A stretch of DNA of 45,792 bases from Methanocellales archaeon (GTDB lineage Archaea; Halobacteriota; UBA148): NCBI GenBank assembly GCA_013415795.1, contig JAAEEL010000015.1, positions 1-45,792 on the forward strand, read 5' to 3'. Below are positions 1 through 8,810 of this stretch, piece by piece. The notes beneath the pieces were generated by a model, which saw only the letters and a list, made by a program, of their open reading frames with translations, did no database searches and was not told the origin of the DNA. A program made the translations under genes and the position numbers. The first letter of the stretch is position 1, and each line of letters begins with the position of its first letter.

Positions 1-1400
1 TAAAGGTCAGCACTCCTGCTCAAACAAGCCGCTATTGCCACTCTCTGCAATTCTCCACCGCTTAGTTCTGTTATGTTCTGATCTAATAAACGCTCAAGCT
101 GAAGCGGTCTGTTGATTTCAGTTTTGTAGTAACTGGAATCGAATCGATCCGTTATGGAACGAAGTAGCTGATCAACTCTTATATCCTGATCTACTTTGAT
201 ATATTGTGGCTTGTATGATATCTTTAGGTCCAGATTTATGTTACCAACCTCTGGCTTGATCAATCCCGCAAGTATTTTAGAGAACGTGGTCTTACCAGTG
301 GCATTTGGACCTACGATACCCATGACCTCTCCTCTTCGAATATCGCCCCCCTCTACATCTAGTGTGAACTCTCGGTACTCCTTCCTGAACCCATCAAATT
401 TTGCAAGTATAAAAGCCTCTTTTTGTGCCCTTGGTGCATGGACTTCGAATTTTATCTCTTCGGTACGAATCCTGACATTCTCCTCTGGTAAAAATCCTCG
501 CAGATACTCATTGATGCCCACCCTAACTCCTTTCGGATGTGTGATTACACCGTATGCTCCAGGGGTTCCATATACGATGTGCACTGCATCAGCCAATAGA
601 TCCAAAATGGCAAGATCATGCTCAACGATTACTACTGTGCTCTCCTTTGAAACCTCTCGAATTAGATTGGCAGCTTTGATGCGCTGGTGTATGTCCAAGT
701 AAGGTGTAATTTCATCAAAGAAGTAGAAATCAGCATCCTTGCTTATACACCTCGCTATAGCAATCCTCTGCAGTTCTCCCCCGCTGACATCACCGATTCT
801 CCTGTCTAGTATGTGATCGATATCTAGACGAACCATCAGATTATTTATCTTCCGTTCATCTAGTAACAACTCATGGACAAAACTTTTACTATTTGCAATC
901 AGATCTATGCGCTGTGATTTTTGTGAAACTCGAATCTCACCTTTGGAAATCCTTCTTATATAATCTTGTAGCACCGATCCTTTATAATGGGAAATAATTT
1001 TATCCCATGTTACTTCCTCATCCCCTAAGTTTGGTTTTAGTTTACCAGCTAATATCTGTATAGCTGTTGTTTTTCCAATACCATTTTGACCCAATATGCC
1101 GATGATACTACCTTCTTGTGGTATTGGTAATCCATATAGAGCAAAACCATTTGATCCATATCTATGCGTTTCCCTTTCCCTAAGTTCCTCTTTGAGTCGT
1201 ATGATCGATATTGCGCCGAATGGGCATTTCTTGATACATATGCCACATCCAACGCACATTTCTTCGGATATAACTGGTTTTCCATCATCGCATATGATTA
1301 CGGTGTCATCTCCTGTCCGAACCCTGGGGCAAAATCTCTGACACTCATGGGTACATTTTCGAGGTTGACATCGATCTTTGTCTATAATTGCAATCCTCAT
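1..1400 (-). CDS. abcE1: ABCE1 / RNase L inhibitor-type ribosome-recycling ATPase (3' end runs off the window start)
   Basis: Absent from the ORF track because no stop lies inside the window. Manual reverse translation from the ATG at 1400-1398 gives MRIAIIDKDRCQPRKCTHECQRFCPRVRTGDD...CVGCGICIKKCPFGAI, an N-terminal double 4Fe-4S domain. It continues through Walker A GILGQNGIGKTT, signature SGGELQRIAIA, a second Walker A GIVGPNATGKTT and a second SGGELQRVAIA at the window edge. Confidence 0.9.
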   Translation of the reverse strand, partial: MRIAIIDKDRCQPRKCTHECQRFCPRVRTGDDTVIICDDGKPVISEEMCVGCGICIKKCPFGAISIIRLKEELRERETHRYGSNGFALYGLPIPQEGSIIGILGQNGIGKTTAIQILAGKLKPNLGDEEVTWDKIISHYKGSVLQDYIRRISKGEIRVSQKSQRIDLIANSKSFVHELLLDERKINNLMVRLDIDHILDRRIGDVSGGELQRIAIARCISKDADFYFFDEITPYLDIHQRIKAANLIREVSKESTVVIVEHDLAILDLLADAVHIVYGTPGAYGVITHPKGVRVGINEYLRGFLPEENVRIRTEEIKFEVHAPRAQKEAFILAKFDGFRKEYREFTLDVEGGDIRRGEVMGIVGPNATGKTTFSKILAGLIKPEVGNINLDLKISYKPQYIKVDQDIRVDQLLRSITDRFDSSYYKTEINRPLQLERLLDQNITELSGGELQRVAIAACLSRSADL

Positions 1401-1414
1401 GAGTACCCCAAGAA

Positions 1415-1732
1415 TCAGTTTAATAATAGGGTCCAGCTAACAAACCAAAATGATAAGGTCATAAATCCTACATAGAACCAATCCTTTGTCTTAAGCTCTC
1501 CTGTAACGTTAATCAATGGATAGATGTATTTTTGTATCAATATTGCAAAAGCAAGGACAGTAAACCCAAAACCTGCTCTGACTTGTCCTTCTCCGGCCAA
1601 ATAAAATGATATTATACCAGCCAAAACTCCAAAGATGCCTGATATGGCTGTTTTCTTGATGCCGTCCATATATTCTTTCTCTCTGTCTTCTTCAGTCTTC
1701 TCTGGTATTTTTGGAAAATCTGATTTGTTCAC
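1415..1732 (-). CDS. small membrane protein of unknown function (2-3 predicted TM helices), likely co-transcribed with ABCE1
   Basis: 105-aa ORF with a charged N-terminus followed by hydrophobic stretches (AISGIFGVLAGIISFYLAG, FGFTVLAFAILI, FYVGFMTLSFWFVSWTLLL). Its stop is 14 nt upstream of the ABCE1 ATG. The annotated start is GTG; an internal ATG (MDGIKK) is an alternative start. Confidence 0.5.
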   Translation of the reverse strand: MNKSDFPKIPEKTEEDREKEYMDGIKKTAISGIFGVLAGIISFYLAGEGQVRAGFGFTVLAFAILIQKYIYPLINVTGELKTKDWFYVGFMTLSFWFVSWTLLLN

Positions 1733-1839
1733 GCTAGGCCCCCATCATATGTTATTAAGGCTTATGTTAACTTTTACGCTTACGTATATATAATATGTCC
1801 ATAATTGGACGAACATTATATACACCTATTTGAGATGCC

Positions 1840-3774
1840 ATGAAAGACAAAATGACGAGCGTGGACGTAGCAGTAATTGTATCAGAGCTGCAGGTATTAA
1901 TCGATGCAAAATTGGACAAGATCTATCAACACGAAGATGAGATTCGGCTAAAGATGTACGTCACTAGGGATCGCCGCGACCTATTGATAAAAGCGGGTAA
2001 GCTAATATATCTAACCAAATATCCACGACCTAGCTTGAAGATCGCTCCAAGTTACTCGATGTTACTTAGAAAGCACTTGAAAGGTGGGCGAATAACATCG
2101 ATAGGTCAGCATGATTTTGATCGAGTAATCGAGATACATATCCAACGAGGTGAAGAAAAGAGAATATTGATAATAGAACTGCTTCCCAAGGGAAACATAA
2201 TATTACTGAGCGAAGACCGTAAGATAATACTGCCCTTGACTACGATGAGTTTGCGCAGTAGGGAAGTGCGGCGAGGTGAGCAATATGAGTTTCCACCACT
2301 CCAGAAGAATCCGATAGATATAACTAAAAGCGAGCTGCACGCTTTTTTTGAAGAATCTGATAGGAGTCTAGTTAGTACTCTTGCATCTGGGCTAAACATG
2401 GGGGGTCTCTATGCAGAAGAGGTCTGTATTCGCGCAGGAGTGGACAAAAAAACTCCCGCTAGAGGTATGCCGGTAGAAAAGCTTCAGAAAATTCATAGTG
2501 CAATGTACAAGTTATTTGATTCAATTTACTCTGGCAAATTCGAGCCCCACATAGTATTTGAAAAAGGAGAGGAGATAGAGGCACTCCCATTTGAGTTGTG
2601 TCAGTATGTGGATCATGAAAAAGTATACTTTAATTCTTTGAATGAAGCATTGGATGAATTCTTTTCTCGAAAGGCGATACAGAGTGTCAAATCAATCAAG
2701 GATGAAAAATTGGCCATATTGGAGCGAAAGTCAAGTCTTCAAGAACATGCGATCGAAAAATTCCAGCAGGAAGAGAAGGAGTGCATAAAGAAGGCAGAAG
2801 CAATCTATTCCCAATATCAACAAATAGAGGGAATTTTTAAATACATTCATGGTGCTAGGGGACAAGGTTCCTCTTGGAGGGAAATCAAGGCTAAAATCGA
2901 AGGAGAGATCGACGAGGCAACTGGTATTCTGACAATAGGGCTGGATGGGACCATTGTCGCTCTGGACATGAAACTTGGCATACCTCAAAATGCCCAAATA
3001 TATTATCAGCGAGCTAAAAAAATCAGAAAAAAGCTTGAAGGCGCTTCAAGAGCGTTAGAACAAACAAAAAAAGAGATTGAACAACCCAGATCACTTGAAA
3101 TTGAACCTGAGAATGCACCTCAGCGAAGGATTCGCCAAAGAAAACAATGGTACGATCGATTTAGATACTTCATATCATCAGAAGGTTTTCTTGTTATAGG
3201 GGGGAGAGATGCCAGCACTAACGAGGAAATCGTCAAAAAGCATATGGAATCCCAGGACCTATTCTTACATACGGAAGCACATGGTTCACCCGCAGTTGTC
3301 ATAAAGACATCTGGGAGAGAAATTCATAGCTCAACGCTAGCAGAGGCTGCACAATTCGCTGTTTCTTATTCCAGTGTCTGGAAAGCAGGAAGTTATGGGG
3401 GTGATTGTTACTGGGTGAGTCCGGAACAGGTTTCAAAGACACCACCACCCGGAGAACATCTACCAAAAGGGAGTTTTATGGTCAGAGGAAAAAGAAACTA
3501 TATCAGGGCATCAGTTGGCATATCAATCGGAATCGAGATAAATGACGAGACAAGGTTAATAGGCGGCCCATCTAGTGCAATAAAACAGATGTCGAAGTAT
3601 GTAATAGAAATAGAGCCAGGAGACTTGGATCAAAATCAAGTTGCTAAGGAGATATCCAAGATATTTTTCCAGGATGCGGATTACATAGATAAAATGTTAG
3701 TAAAATCCATAGCTTCCCCTGATTGCATCTTAAAATTTCTTCCACCGGGAAAGTCAAAGATCAAGATTTCTTAG
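1840..3774 (+). CDS. NFACT-family protein (Rqc2/RqcH/FbpA homolog, ribosome quality control)
   Basis: 644 aa. N-terminus MTSVDVAVIVSELQ...KLDKIYQ is typical of NFACT-N. There is a central coiled-coil region. The NFACT-R/DUF814 motif reads FLVIGGRDASTNEEIVKKH...LFLHTEAHGSPAVVIK. Confidence 0.85.
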   Translation: MKDKMTSVDVAVIVSELQVLIDAKLDKIYQHEDEIRLKMYVTRDRRDLLIKAGKLIYLTKYPRPSLKIAPSYSMLLRKHLKGGRITSIGQHDFDRVIEIHIQRGEEKRILIIELLPKGNIILLSEDRKIILPLTTMSLRSREVRRGEQYEFPPLQKNPIDITKSELHAFFEESDRSLVSTLASGLNMGGLYAEEVCIRAGVDKKTPARGMPVEKLQKIHSAMYKLFDSIYSGKFEPHIVFEKGEEIEALPFELCQYVDHEKVYFNSLNEALDEFFSRKAIQSVKSIKDEKLAILERKSSLQEHAIEKFQQEEKECIKKAEAIYSQYQQIEGIFKYIHGARGQGSSWREIKAKIEGEIDEATGILTIGLDGTIVALDMKLGIPQNAQIYYQRAKKIRKKLEGASRALEQTKKEIEQPRSLEIEPENAPQRRIRQRKQWYDRFRYFISSEGFLVIGGRDASTNEEIVKKHMESQDLFLHTEAHGSPAVVIKTSGREIHSSTLAEAAQFAVSYSSVWKAGSYGGDCYWVSPEQVSKTPPPGEHLPKGSFMVRGKRNYIRASVGISIGIEINDETRLIGGPSSAIKQMSKYVIEIEPGDLDQNQVAKEISKIFFQDADYIDKMLVKSIASPDCILKFLPPGKSKIKIS

Positions 3775-4018
3775 GCAGAGCAAGTTAAAGTACATAAGAA
3801 AATAAGAATTACAAGACTATCATTGGCATTTCCTACTAACGAGCCGGATAGGAGTTTAGCGGCATAACTATATATTAAACGAAACTTTGTGCAAAAAAGC
3901 CATGTACTGCTCATGAAAATCTGAAAAGTCAAATAAAGTAGATACTAGATTTTGTTTGATTCAACCATCCTTCATTTTTTTTATAACCGTAGAAGAAAGA
4001 TAAATCGATACAATTATC

Positions 4019-4044
4019 TGTTATTATAACTTGTTATTATAACT
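4019..4044 (+). repeat. perfect tandem duplication of 13 bp (TGTTATTATAACT x2) in the Pelota promoter region
   Basis: Read directly: units at 4019-4031 and 4032-4044 are identical. Each contains a TATA-like TTATTATAA. The second unit ends 14 nt before the Pelota ATG at 4058. Confidence 0.85.
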
Positions 4045-4057
4045 GAGCTACATATAC

Positions 4058-5095
4058 ATGAGGATCATCAAGCATCGCTTGAAGGGACAAGAGGGTGAAA
4101 TATCTATCATTCCAGAATCCTTGGATGATCTCTGGCATCTGAAATACATCATAGAGCCTGGAGATATAATATTCGCATTAACTAAAAGGCGAGTTGAAGT
4201 CGTTAGGGATAAAATCCGCCCAGAAAAAGTGGAGAAAAAAACCGTTCGATTGGGGATATCTGTAATTGATACTGAATTTCATAAATTCTCTAACCGTCTG
4301 AGAATAAGGGGGACCATTCAGAACGGTATAGACATTGGCTCATATCATACGATTAACGTAGAGCCAAATACGAAGATTTCTATCATCAAGCACTGGAGAT
4401 ACGATCAGCTAAAGAGAATCAATGAAGCCGTAAGGGCCTCCTCTCATCCGAAAGTTGTGATAGTTGCCATAGAAGAGGGGGAAGCATCCCTTGGTATAGT
4501 TCGACAATATGGTGTTGATTTATCCTCGGAGATCAAAGGCACATCTCAAAAAATGGAAGGCTCGCGAGAGATTTTTTTTGAAGAAATCGCGAATCAACTG
4601 GAGTTAATTTCAAAGGACGCTCAGTTGATCATTGCAGGCCCGGGTTTCACCAAGGAGGATTTTCTCACATCCCTCAAACAGAAAAAGCCTGAGCTTGCAG
4701 AAAAAGCCGTGCTAGAGAGCACATCTTCTGTCGGAACGTCTGGTTTTCAAGAAATCCTTCGGAGAGGTGCCGTTGATAGAATGATAGAAGAGGCACACAT
4801 CACAAAAGAAGCAAAACTAATAGAATCACTGCTAGAAGAGATCGCTGGGGATGGAAAAGCTGCCTACGGCATGGATGAAGTTCAGAGAGCTTTTAACTAT
4901 GGTGCAATAGAGACGCTCCTTGTAGCGGATGAAACTCTCAGAGAGTCACTAGAAAAGGAGGATATTGATCAATTTCTTAGGAACGTGGAATCTGCAAGAG
5001 GTCAAATTGTAGTTTTTAGCACGGAATTCGAGCCTGGTCAGAGGTTACAATCCCTTGGTGGTATTGCAGCATTGCTAAGGTTCAAGATTGAATGA
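4058..5095 (+). CDS. pelA: Pelota (Dom34 homolog, mRNA surveillance / ribosome rescue factor)
   Basis: 345 aa. N-terminus MRIIKHRLKGQEGEISIIPESLDDLWHLKYIIEPGDII and an eRF1-like central and C-terminal architecture are typical of archaeal Pelota. Confidence 0.9.
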   Translation: MRIIKHRLKGQEGEISIIPESLDDLWHLKYIIEPGDIIFALTKRRVEVVRDKIRPEKVEKKTVRLGISVIDTEFHKFSNRLRIRGTIQNGIDIGSYHTINVEPNTKISIIKHWRYDQLKRINEAVRASSHPKVVIVAIEEGEASLGIVRQYGVDLSSEIKGTSQKMEGSREIFFEEIANQLELISKDAQLIIAGPGFTKEDFLTSLKQKKPELAEKAVLESTSSVGTSGFQEILRRGAVDRMIEEAHITKEAKLIESLLEEIAGDGKAAYGMDEVQRAFNYGAIETLLVADETLRESLEKEDIDQFLRNVESARGQIVVFSTEFEPGQRLQSLGGIAALLRFKIE

Positions 5096-5528
5096 AAACT
5101 AATCTCCATCTACATATCTTTTTTAAATCATTCAAGTTTATGAACTCCTATTAAATTTATAAAAGTTTAAATAATAATCAAACAAATTTTGATCAGGGGT
5201 AATATGGTAAATAGAAAACTAAGGAAAAAAGATTGGGGGATAACTGGAGCAATATTTTTGGTCGTAACTCTTGGTATGATTCAATTTCTGACATCACCCC
5301 AAGGATATCTCTGATTCACGGGTAATGATGTAATGCGTTTGTCAGTAATCATTGGGACTATTGCCGTTGGTCTTAATATCACTATCACTAAAAAAGGCAT
5401 GTCAATCAGAAGACCTCGTTAATATTTTTTGACACCTCTCGTCGAAAATACACAATAAATTAACATTATCCTCAATTAAATATATTTAAATATAAGTGAA
5501 AATAAAATCGAAAAAGGGAGGCTTCAAA

Positions 5529-5834
5529 ATGATCGATAAACTTTTTGTTAAGATTAAGAAGTTATTTGGTGCTGGTAAGGGTGAAGTCACCGATAAGGAG
5601 AATTTGGTCGATGATTTCATTAATCGGATTGATAAACTTGTAGAAGGAATGGATATTGATCGTCGAGGTTTTTTCAAGCAGAAGGTGATGTACAGAGATA
5701 CCTTTAAAATGTTATTGGAAAGACAGGGAGATGCCGCGGCAAGAGAGCTTGGTGAATGGATAATAGATTACATAAATAAAAACGGAAAAACCCCTGTACG
5801 TCAACAAGTGAGAGAGCAAGCAGGACTCATATAA
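5529..5834 (+). CDS. hypothetical small protein (101 aa)
   Basis: The ORF track gives 5496-5834. The ATG at 5529 follows a strong GGAGG (5516-5520) at proper spacing, so I prefer it as the start. No family recognised. The C-terminal EWIIDYINKNGKTPVRQQVREQAGLI vaguely resembles the first helices of a LexA/wHTH-type DNA-binding domain. Confidence 0.45.
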   Translation: MIDKLFVKIKKLFGAGKGEVTDKENLVDDFINRIDKLVEGMDIDRRGFFKQKVMYRDTFKMLLERQGDAAARELGEWIIDYINKNGKTPVRQQVREQAGLI

Positions 5835-6366
5835 TAAAATAAACACTAAATTTCGTAAACTCAAAAAAAAATAAAATAAATAATACACGAAATGATACAC
5901 TTTTAAAGATTTTTTAATTACAAATTGGCGTCAAAAATCTCTGTTAAATATTTCTGTTTACTTTTAAAAAAGCGGGTATTTGCTGTTTTGACTTGAAGTT
6001 ATTGCAAATCCTAAAAACAGATATCAACCATATTACACCTAGTCTTGCTTTCAACTTATATTATATCTATTCCGTAAATTGAAGATTTTTATCTCAAGAA
6101 ATGTTTATCCATTAATGATTTCATGTTTCTTATGCCGCTGGTGATTTTATTCGGGTGATGTAGCAAGGATTGAATAACCATAAGTAGTCGCACTAGTCTT
6201 TGAGATACTTTCTGATTTCAGAACTTTTATTGTCATAGCTAACAAAGAGATCCTAGGTATATTTGGGATAACTTCTATCATGCTATTTGGCTATTTTTTT
6301 TTACTTATCTTACTCCGCGACATTTTTATCATCATGAAATCTTATTCCTATAAGGAGTATACAATT

Positions 6367-7683
6367 ATGTCAGTAAATTCTGATCATTATGATGTTCTCA
6401 TCGAGGGCGGATGGATTTTCACATCCAAGGGATTAGTTAAAGAGGCTTTAGCCGTCGATAATGGGATTATCGCGAATATAGGCGAAAAGGTCTCAGCTGA
6501 TAGGGTAATCGATGCTAAAAATGGAATAGTGATGCCTGGCTTGATTAATACTCATACTCATCTTGGAATGACTTTACTCAGGGGTTATGCAGATGATTTT
6601 CCATTGGAGCAATGGCTAAACGAGTACATCTGGCCAATGGAAGCAAAGCTAGATGAAAGAGCAGTGTACATAGGGTCATTGCTTGGCTGTCTGGAGATGA
6701 TCAAGTCTGGCACAACCACATTTGCTGACATGTACATACATATGGATGGTGCAGCAAGAGCAGTAGAAAAGTCTGGGCTTAGGGGCTTGCTGTCCTACGG
6801 CATGATCGAACTCGGAGACGGGGCTAGAGCGGAAAGGGAATTAAAAACCGGAAAAGAATTTGTAAAAAAATGGAACAATGCCGCAAATGGCAGGATCACG
6901 ACTGCATATGGCCCGCATGCACCGAATACTTGTTCCCCCGAGTTTTTGACTCGCGTAAGAGAATGCTCTGATAAAGATGGCGTAGGAATTCACACTCATC
7001 TAGCTGAAACTAAAACAGAGATCAATGAAATGAAGAGCAAATATGGCATGTCCCCTGTAAGACTTTTAGATAAGATAGGTTTTTTTGGACCAGACGTATT
7101 AGCCGCGCATTGTGTTTGGCTTTCAGAAGGAGATATCAAGATTTTAAATAAGAACGATGTCAAAGTAGCGCACAATCCTACCAGCAACATGAAGCTTGGA
7201 TCAGGAATCGCGCCAGTTCCAGAGCTTATGAAAGATGGGATTACAGTAGCGTTGGGAACCGACGGATGTGCATCCAACAACGATCTCGACATGTTTAGAG
7301 AAATGAAGACGACTGCTCTACTCCATAAAGTCCACAAGCTCGATCCGACTATGATTTCTGCAAGAGATGCACTGAATATGGCAACGATTAATGGAGCGAT
7401 AGCACTTGGAATCAATGCAGGAGAGCTGGCAGTAGGCAGGAAGGCAGATATCATAATCGTCGACACAAACAAGCCCCATCTGACACCAAAGCACGATATG
7501 GTCTCCCATTTAGTCTATTGTGCAAAGGGTAGCGATGTCTCCACATGCATAGTGGATGGCAAAATCCTGATGGAGAACTATGAGCTCACAATGTTAAACG
7601 AGTCGAAGATAATGGCTGATGCAGAGAAGGTTACGAGAGATTTAATGAATAAAGTCGAAAAAGGTCAAACAAGGGTGATTTAA
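6367..7683 (+). CDS. mtaD: amidohydrolase, 5'-methylthioadenosine/S-adenosylhomocysteine deaminase family (MtaD/DadD-like)
   Basis: Motifs: PGLINTHTHLGMTLLRGYADD (HxH metal motif), HTHLAET, AHCVWL and LGTDGCASNNDLDMF. The start is moved to the ATG at 6367 (MSVNSDHYDVLIEGG), which is preceded by AAGGAG. The upstream extension in the track is hydrophobic junk. Confidence 0.8.
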   Translation: MSVNSDHYDVLIEGGWIFTSKGLVKEALAVDNGIIANIGEKVSADRVIDAKNGIVMPGLINTHTHLGMTLLRGYADDFPLEQWLNEYIWPMEAKLDERAVYIGSLLGCLEMIKSGTTTFADMYIHMDGAARAVEKSGLRGLLSYGMIELGDGARAERELKTGKEFVKKWNNAANGRITTAYGPHAPNTCSPEFLTRVRECSDKDGVGIHTHLAETKTEINEMKSKYGMSPVRLLDKIGFFGPDVLAAHCVWLSEGDIKILNKNDVKVAHNPTSNMKLGSGIAPVPELMKDGITVALGTDGCASNNDLDMFREMKTTALLHKVHKLDPTMISARDALNMATINGAIALGINAGELAVGRKADIIIVDTNKPHLTPKHDMVSHLVYCAKGSDVSTCIVDGKILMENYELTMLNESKIMADAEKVTRDLMNKVEKGQTRVI

Positions 7684-7815
7684 AGAATATTGGCTAAAAT
7701 TGTATATTAAGGACAATTATAAGAAATTAGGCTTTTATAGCCCTGAAGGACCATTTGAGACTGGTTAAGATTTTAAAGGAACTTCCAAAGGAGATGTGCC
7801 CGCCCATATCATTCC

Positions 7816-8118
7816 GTGGACGTATCCGGTAAAATAAATTCGGAGATGAATTACTCCATAAATAGAAAAGCATGCGAAAAGTGCGAGGACTGCTTCTCAA
7901 AAAGAAATTGCCCCCAAGATGCTACCGACGAGCAAATAGACCTCCTGAAATGTGAAGGATGTGGCATCTGCTTGAACTGCTGCCCCAATAATGCCATCAG
8001 GGGCGGATTCGTTGAATTTAATGTGCGTGATATCGATTCTAAAAAATTTAATTCATTGCGATCTATGAAAGACGTCTTCGTTTTAGATGCTCCGAGTGAT
8101 ATATTAGGGCTGTTCTAA
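7816..8118 (+). CDS. 4Fe-4S ferredoxin-domain protein
   Basis: Two Cys clusters: CEKCEDCFSKRNCP and CEGCGICLNCCP. The start is uncertain (GTG at 7816 or ATG at 7846). The 3' end overlaps the convergent PHP gene by 15 nt. Confidence 0.5.
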   Translation: MDVSGKINSEMNYSINRKACEKCEDCFSKRNCPQDATDEQIDLLKCEGCGICLNCCPNNAIRGGFVEFNVRDIDSKKFNSLRSMKDVFVLDAPSDILGLF

Positions 8119-8781
8119 AAGAAATCTTCGCATATGGTGGAAATTAGACTTTAAAGTTTGTTTGGCAAACAATCTCAGTGGAGTCCTCTTACCTTCGATA
8201 TGTGTGTCTCCTGCCCGTATGGCCTGAAGTATTTTATCAACGGAAGGCGCAGAATCAATCTTCGTTATGGCACATCCAACCATATCTGCTATATGTGCAT
8301 CGGATCCTGCCACCATTGGTAAGTTTCTACTCAAGGCCAGTTTTCTTGCCTTCCAATTAGAATAACCTATGATGAACCTTGAGTTATATATTTCAACTGC
8401 ATCTATGTCTTCTGGGATATATCCCAATTCATGGCGAAACGGATGAAACGGATGTGGCACTATTACGGTTCCACCCAGATCCTTTGCCATATTGATCGTA
8501 ATCTCCGGAGACATGCCCGTAGGGATATCATCAGTAATACCCAAAACGATGAGGTGACCTCTGGTTGTCGAGATTTCCTCCCCAGGAATCACAATCAAGT
8601 CAAGATCTAATTCCTTTGAAACTTGTACTCCTACGAGTCCGCCTTGAATGCTATCATGATCGGTGATCGCGATTCCGTCCAGTCCGATTTCTTTGGCTCG
8701 AATGAGAATCTTATCAACAGAGTCGTAACCGTCATGTGAACGACAAGAGTGTACATGTAGATCAAATTTGAGCACCATCAA
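8104..8781 (-). CDS. PHP-domain metal-dependent phosphoesterase
   Basis: 225 aa. Contains FDLHVHSCRSHDG at the N-terminus, AITDHDS, and GSDAH near the C-terminus. This matches the PHP (polymerase and histidinol phosphatase) His/Asp motif set. Confidence 0.8.
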   Translation of the reverse strand: MMVLKFDLHVHSCRSHDGYDSVDKILIRAKEIGLDGIAITDHDSIQGGLVGVQVSKELDLDLIVIPGEEISTTRGHLIVLGITDDIPTGMSPEITINMAKDLGGTVIVPHPFHPFRHELGYIPEDIDAVEIYNSRFIIGYSNWKARKLALSRNLPMVAGSDAHIADMVGCAITKIDSAPSVDKILQAIRAGDTHIEGKRTPLRLFAKQTLKSNFHHMRRFLLEQP

Positions 8782-8810
8782 TAGTGTTTTGTCTTAAAGA
8801 AATATAATAT

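Noticed and set aside
5311-5313. Selenocysteine decoding of the in-frame TGA in the mini-ORF.
   Set aside because: No SECIS-like stem-loop with a GAA/A bulge is visible in the 3' region, and no Sec machinery is in the window. It is kept only as the least likely explanation in the corresponding finding.
5835-6279. Replication origin in the AT-rich spacer.
   Set aside because: I found no ORB or mini-ORB-like repeated elements with G-strings, and no orc1/cdc6 gene adjacent. There are only short, unrelated inverted repeats.
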